63,693 nucleotides of DNA from Rikenellaceae bacterium (GTDB lineage: Bacteria > Bacteroidota > Bacteroidia > Bacteroidales > Rikenellaceae), in assembly GCA_047173405.1 (NCBI GenBank), contig JBCQVD010000001.1, forward strand, positions 1 to 63,693, given 5' to 3'. A program made the position numbers and the translations under genes. Numbering within the stretch: the stretch's first letter is position 1; each line of letters starts with the position of its first letter. Below, piece by piece: positions 38,584 to 47,945 of the stretch. A model generated the notes under the pieces. The model was not told the origin of the DNA, searched no databases, and saw nothing but the letters and a program-made list of their open reading frames with translations.

Positions 38584-40357
38584 AAGCGACCACCTCGCTA
38601 ATATCGCGGATAGGTGTTGTTGTGGTGCGTACTAGAGCCTTCTTGCAGAGTGGGCAGGAGGTGATGATGGTCTGTGCTTGTGTGGAGTCAAGCTCCTTGG
38701 TGAGTGCTGTGGCTATCTGCACCTGTTGGGCATCGTTGATCGTTGTGTTGGCGAGTGATGAGCCGCAGCAAAGTGAGTTCTGGCGCGCGTGAGGAGCCTC
38801 GTGAAGTTCCGCGCAGCTGTTGATAACACGTCGTGGCTCGTCGTAGATGCCGCATCCGCGCCCTAGCTCGCAGGGGTCGTGGTACGTGACTATCGTGCGG
38901 CTCTGTTCGACACTGATACGTTTTGAGCGTATGAGGCGATCAATATATTGGGAGTGGTGTATAACCTCAATACCTTGAAGGTTGTACTCCTCTAAAAAGA
39001 CCTTAAGGCATATTGGGCACGAGGTGACAAGCGTTGTGATATTGTGTTTTATGAAAAGCTCGCGGTTATGATCCATCATCTTGCGTGCGGAGTCGACCTC
39101 GCCCGAGAGGTGTAGCGGACGACCGCAGCAGACCCCGCCCTCGCGGTCGGCCCACCAGACACTCTCGCCAGCCGCTTTGAAGATACGCTCCATCGAGTGG
39201 AGGGTGGAGGGGGTGAGCAGAGTCATGCACCCCGCGAAGTACCCTACCTTACCGCTGCCCGACGAGTTGTCGAGGGGTTTGATATAGTCGAAGCGCCTCT
39301 CGTTGGGGGTGTTGCGCAGTGAGTGGCGGCTATTGAGTCTAAGCGTGTTGAGGTTGATGCCTACGGGGCATACGCTCTGACAGCGACCACACATCAGGCA
39401 GTTGTTGGTACGTGCGAGGTCGAGCATCTTGTAGCGCCTATCGCGCAGAAAGTAGCTCGACTGTACATCCTCTATACCGAGGACACTCTGTAGCTGGCAG
39501 GGGTCGATGCATATACCGCAGCGCGAGCATGCCTCCACCTCGAAGTTATCGTACGAAGTCTCTTTTGACTTGGCTTTAAGCCCCCAGTGGCGCATGAAGA
39601 TAAGGGGTATCTCGGTGAAGATGTGCATATATCTCGAAAATGGCAGTGCGCCAAAGAAGAGACACAGAGCAATGGAGTAGATCCACCACGCGGTGTTGTA
39701 GAGTGGGTAGATCGCTTGGGGGTTGAGCGCAGAGGCTATAAACTCGCCAATGCTGCCTGTTAGAAAACTGCCGCCACCATATATAGCGCAGGTGAGCGAC
39801 TCAGCAACAAGGCGCGCGGGAAATATCAGCCACAGCACGCTCATCGCAATACGATCGCCTAGCTTGTGTTGCGTTGTTCGCTTGAGACCTAGAGCCTTAG
39901 AGTATAGGCGTTTGAACCATGCCAAGCATACGCCCGAGAGTACAACCGCGAGCCATAGATCCATCAAAAAGGCGAATGTGTGGCTCTCGGGTAGCCCCAT
40001 GCGCGAGGCGAAATATCTAAAAAAAACGTGCCCCTGAGGGGGTATAAACTCAAAACCGAGGGTGTGGATAGTCTCCGCCCACCCCGTGGCGATAAGCAGA
40101 AACCAACCAAAGGCGAGGCTCATGTGCATGTAGCCTAGCAGCGGGTTGACCTTGAATATACGGCGGTGGAGCAGCGACTCGCTGATGATCTCACCGATGG
40201 CTTTGATGCTCTTTAGTGAGATGATGTTTCTAAGTACAAGGCGTTTGTCCGCACCTCGAAGTTGCAGAATCCACGATGCATATTTTGCAGCTACCACAGC
40301 AAAGAGGATGACGACACCTATAATAAAAGGGATTGTAAAAGGGGCAAAGAAACTCAT
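38570..40357 (-). CDS. Membrane-anchored Fe-S/CCG oxidoreductase (HdrF-like, HdrE+HdrD architecture)
   Basis: N-terminal TM helices, CSRCGICIDPC, CLMCGRCQSVCP, two CCG domains (YFAGC..VCCG; YHDPC..LCCG). Confidence 0.82.
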   Translation of the reverse strand: MSFFAPFTIPFIIGVVILFAVVAAKYASWILQLRGADKRLVLRNIISLKSIKAIGEIISESLLHRRIFKVNPLLGYMHMSLAFGWFLLIATGWAETIHTLGFEFIPPQGHVFFRYFASRMGLPESHTFAFLMDLWLAVVLSGVCLAWFKRLYSKALGLKRTTQHKLGDRIAMSVLWLIFPARLVAESLTCAIYGGGSFLTGSIGEFIASALNPQAIYPLYNTAWWIYSIALCLFFGALPFSRYMHIFTEIPLIFMRHWGLKAKSKETSYDNFEVEACSRCGICIDPCQLQSVLGIEDVQSSYFLRDRRYKMLDLARTNNCLMCGRCQSVCPVGINLNTLRLNSRHSLRNTPNERRFDYIKPLDNSSGSGKVGYFAGCMTLLTPSTLHSMERIFKAAGESVWWADREGGVCCGRPLHLSGEVDSARKMMDHNRELFIKHNITTLVTSCPICLKVFLEEYNLQGIEVIHHSQYIDRLIRSKRISVEQSRTIVTYHDPCELGRGCGIYDEPRRVINSCAELHEAPHARQNSLCCGSSLANTTINDAQQVQIATALTKELDSTQAQTIITSCPLCKKALVRTTTTPIRDISEVVASALK

Positions 40358-40358
40358 C

Positions 40359-40694
40359 TTAGAAATCTCCTAACTTTTGTTTGATTAACATTATCACACC
40401 GCGGGTATTGATGCCGCGCGGGCAGACAAGGCGGCACTTACCGCAGAGCATGCACTTATTCATCTCCTCGTAGGCTCCTTGGTACTCGCCACGACGTATG
40501 AGCGTGTGCACCTTACGGAAGTTAAACGATGTGAGGTTACCCGCTGTGCATAGCGCCGTACACGCTCCGCAACCTATACAACTCTGAAGCTCGGGCATGG
40601 CGTGAAGTATCTCATCGCTCTTGCGCAAGTTGTTGTTGTCGAGGTTGATAGCGCGAGGCTTGCTGATTGAGTATCCGAAGTTTATAAGCGCCAT
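40359..40694 (-). CDS. 4Fe-4S dicluster protein (HdrC-like, short)
   Basis: CIGCGACTALC and CMLCGKCRLVCP. Confidence 0.85.
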   Translation of the reverse strand: MALINFGYSISKPRAINLDNNNLRKSDEILHAMPELQSCIGCGACTALCTAGNLTSFNFRKVHTLIRRGEYQGAYEEMNKCMLCGKCRLVCPRGINTRGVIMLIKQKLGDF

Positions 40695-40697
40695 AGA

Positions 40698-41705
40698 TTA
40701 ACTATTTTGAAGGTATCGCCACACCGCCTCGGCAGCGTGTGCACCCTCGTTTATTGAGTCACCCACGTTCTTGGGCGCTGTAATAGCCCCAGCGTAGAAG
40801 ATGCCCTCCTTGTTGCTCGATGTGTTGCGTAGGAAGTGGTCGACGGGCTTCATGAAGTTACTTGGCTGAAGATCGAGACCTCTATTCTGGGCGATAGCTA
40901 TACTATCCGTGCTGGCGCTCATGCCCACAATAAGGATCAACATATCGACACTCATACGCAGCGGGCGCCCCGTGAGTGTATCCTCGGCTTTGATCTGTAT
41001 GCGCTTGTCGATTGTGGGGGCAGCCTCCGAGATACGTCCACGCACGAAGTGTATGTTGTGACGGATCTGCGCATCGCGGTACATCTCCTCGTAGCCCGCT
41101 CCAAACATGCGGATATCCATATAGAAGTTAAATATATCGCTGGTGGGGTAGTGCTTCTTTAGCTCTATTGCCTGCTTAACTCCCGTGATGCAGCAAACCT
41201 TAGAGCAGTGGCTCTGGCACACCTTCTCGTCGCGCGAACCTACGCAGTGCAGCAGCGCGATACGCTTGGGCGCCTTGTCCGCCGCGGGGAGCTTGCCATC
41301 GCAGAACATCCTCTCGATATCGAGCGTGGTGTATACATTGGGGTAGATTCCATAACCATACTCCTCCTTGATACGTGCATCGAAGGGTGTGAAGCCCGTA
41401 GCGACAACCACAGCGTCGCAGGCGAGAGTCTCGCCACCCTCAAGAGTTACACTTTGGTGGGTTAAATCGACCACATTACTATTTAGTCGAACCTCAATAT
41501 TATGGTTCGAGATCTGTTGCTTTAATCCATCGACCACCTCGTGCGCGGGGGTGAATGATGGGAAGAGTAGGTACCAACCATTCAACTTGCCGCCAAGCGT
41601 CTCCTCGCGCTCGATGATAGTGCTCGTGATACCTTTTTGGTGGAGGCTTATGGCTGTCTGCATCGCAGCAACGCCTCCTCCAACGATTATTACCTTTTTA
41701 TTCAT
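40698..41705 (-). CDS. HdrA-like FAD-dependent oxidoreductase (compact)
   Basis: IVGGGVAA, VVATG, EEYGYG, HCVGSRD, CSKVCC, FYMDIRMFG..YEE motifs. Confidence 0.88.
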   Translation of the reverse strand: MNKKVIIVGGGVAAMQTAISLHQKGITSTIIEREETLGGKLNGWYLLFPSFTPAHEVVDGLKQQISNHNIEVRLNSNVVDLTHQSVTLEGGETLACDAVVVATGFTPFDARIKEEYGYGIYPNVYTTLDIERMFCDGKLPAADKAPKRIALLHCVGSRDEKVCQSHCSKVCCITGVKQAIELKKHYPTSDIFNFYMDIRMFGAGYEEMYRDAQIRHNIHFVRGRISEAAPTIDKRIQIKAEDTLTGRPLRMSVDMLILIVGMSASTDSIAIAQNRGLDLQPSNFMKPVDHFLRNTSSNKEGIFYAGAITAPKNVGDSINEGAHAAEAVWRYLQNS

Positions 41706-41711
41706 TAGTTA

Positions 41712-41872
41712 GAAACTGTTTAAGTTTTATATTTTCGTTCTTTTTGTCTCTTTTACATTATTTTTTTACACCTCAAAATCGTTAAATAGAACCACTATTA
41801 GCCTCATTTGAGGTATAAAAACTAATACAAAATAGCTCTAAAATAACTTCGATACAAAATTTAAACAGTTTC
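41712..41872. mobile_element. MITE (~161 bp) with GAAACTGTTTAA terminal inverted repeats and TTA target duplication
   Basis: tta|gaaactgtttaagttttatat ... atacaaaatttaaacagtttc|tta; inverted copy at 52679-52838. Confidence 0.88.
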
Positions 41873-42958
41873 TTATACCTTTATAGGGTAGACAATATCT
41901 GCGTAGTTATTTACAATAGCGGGGGCTGGCTTGCCGATAAACTTACCGCTGCGCCCTAAGTATTTAGCCGCTGGGTCGTAGTTGATACCCATCTTATTGA
42001 GTAGTGGCTCGACATCGACTTGGTGCATCTGCATACCCAACTCCCAGGGGTCGTAGCCCAGTACCAATCCCGCCATCTCCTCGTAGGTGAGAACGGGTAT
42101 TCCGCGCCCTTGGTCGCCGTAGGTTATACCCTCCATCTCGGCAATGGCGTATTGCCACTTATCTAGGAACATGGCACATCCAGGGCAGTTGGCAACGATA
42201 AAGTCTGGCTTGTAGGGCGCCATGCTCTCGAGTTTCTTCTGCGAGTTAGCTATTGAGTAACCTCTATTAGCCTGCACGAGGTAGTTGCGAAAGCCAAAGC
42301 CACAGCAGTGACGACGCTCAGGGTAGTCGACGCACTCGCCGCCCCACTCCTCGACCATGCCCGCTAGGACGTACGGAAACTCCGAACCCCCGACTCCCGC
42401 CTTAGGGAAGATCTTAGCGTAGTGGCAACCTATATGTTCAACCACCTTTAGAGGCTCTAGCGTTGAGGCGTTGATAAGTTTGTGCTTTGCTTTTTGGGCT
42501 ATCTCCTCTCGTAGGTGAAACATAACGTCCGAAGTGTGAGCTGTTGTCTTAGGTATAGCAAACTCGCGCCCCGTCGCCTTGTAGAGGTATTCGCGTGTGC
42601 GCTCCTCGGTCTCGGGGAACTCCTCCCATGTGGCTAGCACCTCGGTGTAGATACCAAAAGAGGTGATGCACGAGGTTACGAGGTTCTCGTACCCCGCATC
42701 CTTCATTAGCGAGAACTGGCGCGCCACAACGGTCATGATTGTCTCCAGTGGGACAATGTCGGAGTGGTAGCCAATACCTGTGCAGGAGGTGTGTATAGGG
42801 GTCTCTTGAATATCGCGCCCTAGATCCCCTCCCACAATATTCAAAAACGCCTTCTCGCTTCCTGGGAAGAAGTTCTGGCGTATGCACGATCTGAAGTAGT
42901 AGTATTTATCGTCGGCAATACTCTTCTCGTACTCCGACCACGATCTCTTGTGTGTCAT
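41873..42958 (-). CDS. Heterodisulfide reductase subunit B-like protein
   Basis: YFRSC, TSCTG, EHIGCHY, HCCGFG, ANCPGC..FLDKWQ CCG-type motifs. Confidence 0.88.
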   Translation of the reverse strand: MTHKRSWSEYEKSIADDKYYYFRSCIRQNFFPGSEKAFLNIVGGDLGRDIQETPIHTSCTGIGYHSDIVPLETIMTVVARQFSLMKDAGYENLVTSCITSFGIYTEVLATWEEFPETEERTREYLYKATGREFAIPKTTAHTSDVMFHLREEIAQKAKHKLINASTLEPLKVVEHIGCHYAKIFPKAGVGGSEFPYVLAGMVEEWGGECVDYPERRHCCGFGFRNYLVQANRGYSIANSQKKLESMAPYKPDFIVANCPGCAMFLDKWQYAIAEMEGITYGDQGRGIPVLTYEEMAGLVLGYDPWELGMQMHQVDVEPLLNKMGINYDPAAKYLGRSGKFIGKPAPAIVNNYADIVYPIKV

Positions 42959-42960
42959 CT

Positions 42961-43647
42961 CTACTCGTTGTTATTAAGGTACCTATCCATCATATACTCT
43001 TGTGTGGCGCTCTGGTAGCCCATCTCGCGGGCTTTGCGCTCGGAGTGCTTCTCGATACTCTCGAAAAGCTCCATGCCGCCGCTAACCTCGAAGATACGAC
43101 GAATCTCGTCGAGTGAGTCTTGTTCGATTTGTCGCAGAGCACCCTCGCCAGGCACCCTGTACGATGGAGTGAAGCGCGAATATACCTCCTCGGCATTGGA
43201 GTGAATCCACCTCCAAACTTCACCCTGCTCGGGGTGTAAGTCGGGATCTAAGAGCTTGGGCGTAAGACAGTAGCCAGTGCTGAGGATATGCTCACCAATA
43301 GTTCGCTTGATGGCGAGCTGTTGGCGTCCCTTCTCGCTCTCGACAAAGTAGCCGAGCTTTTGAGATAGCGTGCGTAGCGCTTGTATGATGTAGCCTGGGG
43401 TGTTATGTCGTGGGCAGCGCGGACGGCACGACATGCACTCGCCGCAGAACCATATAGTGTCGCTTTTGAGTAGCTCCTCGATAGCCTCCTCGTCGCGCGT
43501 CTGCACAATGCTGGCTATATTACGAGGGTCGTAGTTGTAGAACTCCGCTGCGGGACATACCGCAGTGCAGACTCCGCAATTCATGCAGGCGTGGAGACCT
43601 TCGCGCATGCGAACATCCTCCATCAACATATCGAAATATTTGCCCAT
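42961..43647 (-). CDS. Heterodisulfide reductase subunit C-like 4Fe-4S protein
   Basis: CMNCGVCTAVCP and IWFCGECMSCRPRCP; start at MGKYF (ORF track extends to 43674). Confidence 0.88.
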   Translation of the reverse strand: MGKYFDMLMEDVRMREGLHACMNCGVCTAVCPAAEFYNYDPRNIASIVQTRDEEAIEELLKSDTIWFCGECMSCRPRCPRHNTPGYIIQALRTLSQKLGYFVESEKGRQQLAIKRTIGEHILSTGYCLTPKLLDPDLHPEQGEVWRWIHSNAEEVYSRFTPSYRVPGEGALRQIEQDSLDEIRRIFEVSGGMELFESIEKHSERKAREMGYQSATQEYMMDRYLNNNE

Positions 43648-43719
43648 AAGATATAGTTTAACTAATTCTTGCAAAGGTATTGGTTAAACTCTAATCAATC
43701 AATGGTATAAATACCTATT

Positions 43720-43812
43720 TATAGTTAGTAGTTTATAGTTAGTAGTTAGTAGTTGGAATTTTAGATACTAATTCCTAATTCTTAACTCCTAACTCTTAAC
43801 TCTTAACTCTCA
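43720..43812. repeat. Heptamer arrays (gtagtta; taactct)
   Basis: atagttagtagtttatagttagtagttagtagtt ... taattcctaattcttaactcctaactcttaactcttaactct. Confidence 0.8.
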
Positions 43813-44155
43813 TAACTAAGTAGTGTAAAATAATTATTGGTGTGTTTTACACTACTTAATTACTCATAAATAATCACTAATAACATTTTTTTTATATCTT
43901 TGTAGTTGGAAACACCTCGAAATGTTCGAGATGTAAAATATTTTTTTGCGTTCGCGTAAGATCTTGAAATCGGAAACTGGTAATTTTTGATACAGATAAG
44001 AGACTATGTGCAACGCTCGTGCTACGTTGTGGTGCGGGCTTGCTTGTCTGTCTGTATAGGTGTACCAGTACCTCGATTTCGGATTTGTTAAGTCCGTGCC
44101 ACCTTTTTTTGTCAAGGATTTAGCTGCTGCGGATTAGAGCTAAAACCCCGAAAAG

Positions 44156-44575
44156 ATGACACAGCACTACGAAGATCTTTACGATGAGAGTATTAGATTG
44201 ATTGATCGAAATCCAAATCTTACAACAAGCGCCATCCCCAACCATCTGCTTTATGTCTGGATATACAATGGATTGATTGTGGCAGATCCACCCTTTGAGT
44301 TTCTTTTCGCAGCGGCGATATATAAGTATGCAAATGATAAATATGGAGATTCGAATCTTGACCCCGCTGCCGACCGTGATAGATTTGAGAGGCTACAACA
44401 CATCCTTGCCGTAGAGTTCGTATGTCGTCAGGTTGGGGCGACTCTTCGTCCGCGAAAAATATTCGATTTTAAGCACGAGACAGATCCTATACATGTCGAT
44501 ATTAAGCGCCACCAAATGAAGAAATTTCAGGCTCTCGCGGCTCAACTAGCACCAATCAAAACGCCAGCAAGCTAG
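44156..44575 (+). CDS. Hypothetical protein
   Basis: 139-aa ORF in otherwise empty space, with an upstream TATCTTTG box (43895) and a long structured leader; no family recognised. Confidence 0.6.
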   Translation: MTQHYEDLYDESIRLIDRNPNLTTSAIPNHLLYVWIYNGLIVADPPFEFLFAAAIYKYANDKYGDSNLDPAADRDRFERLQHILAVEFVCRQVGATLRPRKIFDFKHETDPIHVDIKRHQMKKFQALAAQLAPIKTPAS

Positions 44576-44987
44576 CAGTAGTTAGTAGTTAGTAGTTTAG
44601 GTATTAACACTTAACACTCAACACTTAACACTCAACACTCAACAGTTATTTTGGTTCTTGCGAACCAACGCCCTCTGAGCGATTTTTTATTGAAAAATCG
44701 CTTTTCAGGAGTGAGGGCGAGAATATATTTGAAAATCCACGGACTGCCCTGCGCGGGCAGCGGCGGGGTGCTCCCCGCGGAGCTAATATTTTAGTAGTTT
44801 ATAGTTAGTAGTTTAGGTATTAACACTTAACACTTAACACTCAACAGTTATTTTGGTTCTTGCGAACCAACGCCCTCTGAGCGATTTTTTATTGAAAAAT
44901 CGCTTTTTAGGAGGGAGGGCGAGAATATATTTGAAAATCCACGGACTGCCCTGCGCGGGCAGCGGCGGGGTGCTCCCCGCGGAGCTA
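44575..44987. repeat. Tandem duplication (~202-bp period) of heptamer array + spacer + REP-like unit
   Basis: Two near-identical units ending ...gctccccgcggagcta at 44785 and 44987. Confidence 0.93.
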
Positions 44988-44994
44988 AGGATTA

Positions 44995-45975
44995 TTATAT
45001 ATCAAGATACAAGATATAGTCATTCTTGTAGTAGGGGGTGCCTTCGATTGGGAAGTTCTCCGTAACGGCGATCTTCATGCCCTGAGCGAAGTAGAACTTG
45101 GTGGCTCTATTCTCGCGATTTACGTTTAGCTCCATGCGGCATCCTGTGCCACCAATTCTTTTAACTTCGCTGGCGAGGTGCCAGAAGAGTCTCTTGCCGT
45201 AGCCTTTGCCTTGAGCCGAGGGGTTGAGGTAGAGCCTCTGGAGGTGAAAGAGCTTAGGTTCGACCTGTTCGATAGAGCCGTAGCCCGCCGCCTCATCCTG
45301 CTCATCGTAGAGTATGTAGAACTTGTGACCTTCGCGAAATTGCTTCTTGAGGCTCTCCACAGAGTACATCCAATCAAACATGTAGTCGATCTGTTCGGCG
45401 GAGCAGATATCTCGATATGTGGGTTCGAAGCTCTCTGCTGCTAGCTCCCTAATTAGCGGGATGTCAGATGTTGAAGCGGCACGAATAGTATACTCTGGGG
45501 CACGGGTGTACTCCTCAAAAGAGAAAGGGTACTCGTACTTCTCACCACGCTCAAAACTCTCCTTCGAGATGAGGTGCCACTTCTCGTTGTCCCATTTCGG
45601 GAAGAGTGTGTCGCCTTTGTAGTTGTGCTCAACGCGTGTGATATAGAGCTTGTCGGCTATATCAAGCGCCTCCTTATATATCTGAGCGCCACCGATGATA
45701 AATATCTCCTCGTCGGGCGAAAAGAGCGCCAAAGCCTCTTTGAGCGAATGTACAACCTCGCAGCCCTCGAACACGATATCTTGACGTGTGATAACGACAT
45801 TGGTGCGCTTAGGTAGTGGACGTCCGAGCGACTCGTAGGTCTTGCGTCCCATAATCACGGGGTGCCCCGAGGTGATGCGTTTGAAGTTGCGCAGATCCTC
45901 GCTTATATGCCAAAGAAGTTGGTTGTCACCTCCAATGACTCTATTTTGTGCAATGGCTACAATTATGCTTATCAT
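44995..45975 (-). CDS. folA: Dihydrofolate reductase fused to a C-terminal GNAT acetyltransferase
   Basis: DHFR motifs (VIGGDNQLLWHISEDL, IMGRKT, RPLPKR, IIGGAQIY, GDTLFP) then GNAT (LYLNPSAQGKGYGK, LNVNREN..ATKFY). Confidence 0.92.
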   Translation of the reverse strand: MISIIVAIAQNRVIGGDNQLLWHISEDLRNFKRITSGHPVIMGRKTYESLGRPLPKRTNVVITRQDIVFEGCEVVHSLKEALALFSPDEEIFIIGGAQIYKEALDIADKLYITRVEHNYKGDTLFPKWDNEKWHLISKESFERGEKYEYPFSFEEYTRAPEYTIRAASTSDIPLIRELAAESFEPTYRDICSAEQIDYMFDWMYSVESLKKQFREGHKFYILYDEQDEAAGYGSIEQVEPKLFHLQRLYLNPSAQGKGYGKRLFWHLASEVKRIGGTGCRMELNVNRENRATKFYFAQGMKIAVTENFPIEGTPYYKNDYILYLDI

Positions 45976-46074
45976 GGTGTTGTTTTGTTTTTATTACGTC
46001 CTGTGAAAATCTTTATGATCGTTATAATATTATGTGTATCACAAAGATGCGTAAAACTAGGACTTTTTTTTATT

Positions 46075-46243
46075 CGTATTGGGTTTAAATACTTTTGGTA
46101 TTTAATAAATTTTGAGATTCAAGTTGTTATGTAAATTTATTTACAATAATTACTTGAAAATCAAAATATTAGAGCGAAGTCTCTAATCCCAATGCGCTAC
46201 AATGTATTAGCTCTGCGGGGAGCACCCCGCTCGCCGAAGGCAG
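46075..46243 (+). repeat. Four-way-junction module (46075-46196) plus REP-like unit (46208-46243)
   Basis: Homolog of 17687-17854. Confidence 0.85.
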
Positions 46244-46276
46244 TTGTCGGATTTAATCGGGTAACGCTATTTTATT

Positions 46277-47176
46277 TTAGAACGACATCGGAGCCGAGAT
46301 TGTAGGGTGTGGATCATACCCCACAAGTGTGAAATCCTCGTATTTGAAGTCGAAGATCGACTCTACACCTTTGCGGATCTCCATCCTCGGGAGCGCGTGA
46401 GGTGTACGGTTAAGTTGTTCGTCGACCTGCACGAAGTGGTTGAGGTAGAGGTGGGTATCTCCTAGTGTGTGGATGAACTCTCCCGCCTCAAGTCCACAAA
46501 CCTGAGCTATCATCATCGTCAGTAGTGCGTACGAAGCGATGTTGAACGGCACGCCTAGGAAGGTGTCGGCACTACGTTGGTAGAGCTGGCACGAGAGGCG
46601 CCCCTCGGCGACGTAGAACTGAAAAAGTACGTGGCAAGGTGGCAGCGCCATATCCTCTACTTCGGCGGCGTTCCATGCCGAGACAACCATGCGTCGCGAG
46701 TTGGGCGAGTGTTTGATAAGCTCTATCACATCGCTGATCTGGTCAACAATGCCGCCATCCGCCTTGTCCCAGCTTCTCCACTGGTGACCATAGACATGGT
46801 TGAGGTCGCCATAAGCGTAACCGTCAAGAGGTGAGTCGCTCTGGTGCAGCGCCGCCTCCAAGAACTGCTCCTTTGTGAGGGGTGCGATCTGCGCCTTTGC
46901 GCATAGCTCCGTATAGTAGCGGTAGGCGTCGTTGTCCCAGATATGAACGCCCGCCTCGACAAGGTATTTGATATTGGTATCACCCTTCAAGAACCATAGT
47001 AGTTCGTGGATAATACCCTTCAGAAAGACTTTTTTTGTGGTGAGTAGAGGAAATCCTTCGCTAAGGTCGAAGCGCATCTGATGCCCGAAGATACTCTTAG
47101 TACCAGTACCTGTGCGGTCACCCTTAACGACCCCTGTATCTTTTATTTTATTGAGTAAATCGAGGTATTGTTTCAT
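46277..47176 (-). CDS. thyA: Thymidylate synthase
   Basis: [46 protein letters not shown]. Confidence 0.97.
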   Translation of the reverse strand: MKQYLDLLNKIKDTGVVKGDRTGTGTKSIFGHQMRFDLSEGFPLLTTKKVFLKGIIHELLWFLKGDTNIKYLVEAGVHIWDNDAYRYYTELCAKAQIAPLTKEQFLEAALHQSDSPLDGYAYGDLNHVYGHQWRSWDKADGGIVDQISDVIELIKHSPNSRRMVVSAWNAAEVEDMALPPCHVLFQFYVAEGRLSCQLYQRSADTFLGVPFNIASYALLTMMIAQVCGLEAGEFIHTLGDTHLYLNHFVQVDEQLNRTPHALPRMEIRKGVESIFDFKYEDFTLVGYDPHPTISAPMSF

Positions 47177-47199
47177 GTTGTCTTTATTGATAAATCCCT

Positions 47200-47940
47200 T
47201 TAAATCTCTTTAAGGTTGATATTGCCTTGGTTGTCTATTGCGATGCAGTGCGGGTTTTGGCTCCAGTCGTTGGTGAACATCACGCGTAGCCCATCCTCTC
47301 TTTTGTAGTCGAGTGTTTGGTGGAGGTGTCCAAAGATAAAACAGTCGAAAGGCTCTGTTTTGTATCTGTTAGATGCCCACTCTATGAGGTAGTCCCGCGC
47401 ACGATCACCATTCGAATAGTTCGATTTTTGGTGCGCGAGGCGCGATTTGCGACTCCACCAATGCCCAAACTTCATAGCGAGGTCGGGGTGTACGATTGAC
47501 GCAAAGAGGCGGCGTATTGTCTTTGAGTGAAATGTTTTATTGATTAGTTTAAGGATGGGGTCCTTTTTTACACCTAGATTATCACCATGCGCGACGTGTA
47601 ACCTCTTGCCTGCGACGGTGAACGCTTGGGGTGTTGTGTAGATATCGACGCCACACTCGTCGCAGAGGTACTCCCCAACCCATTGGTCGTGGTTTCCAGT
47701 CATAAAGATAACCCTTACGCCCCTCTCGCGGAGGTGTGTAAGCATAGCGAGCGTTCGGGTGAAACCTTTGGGCACTACATACTTATACTCAAACCAGAAG
47801 TCAAAGAGGTCGCCACAAATAAATAGTGTCTGAGCATCCTCTTCGATACTCTTGAGCCACTCCACAAGGCGTAGCTCCACCTGTCGGCTCTGCTCCTTAT
47901 CTCCTGCTCCTAGGTGTACGTCTGAAATAAAGTAGTGCAT
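47200..47940 (-). CDS. lpxH: UDP-2,3-diacylglucosamine diphosphatase
   Basis: [31 protein letters not shown] metallophosphoesterase motifs. Confidence 0.87.
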   Translation of the reverse strand: MHYFISDVHLGAGDKEQSRQVELRLVEWLKSIEEDAQTLFICGDLFDFWFEYKYVVPKGFTRTLAMLTHLRERGVRVIFMTGNHDQWVGEYLCDECGVDIYTTPQAFTVAGKRLHVAHGDNLGVKKDPILKLINKTFHSKTIRRLFASIVHPDLAMKFGHWWSRKSRLAHQKSNYSNGDRARDYLIEWASNRYKTEPFDCFIFGHLHQTLDYKREDGLRVMFTNDWSQNPHCIAIDNQGNINLKEI

Positions 47941-47945
47941 GGGGG

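Noticed and set aside
44853-45065. Short ORFs across REP elements (also 8659..8868, 9149..9343, 27109..27351, 59483..59683)
   Set aside because: They are translations of the GC-rich repeats and show no independent coding evidence
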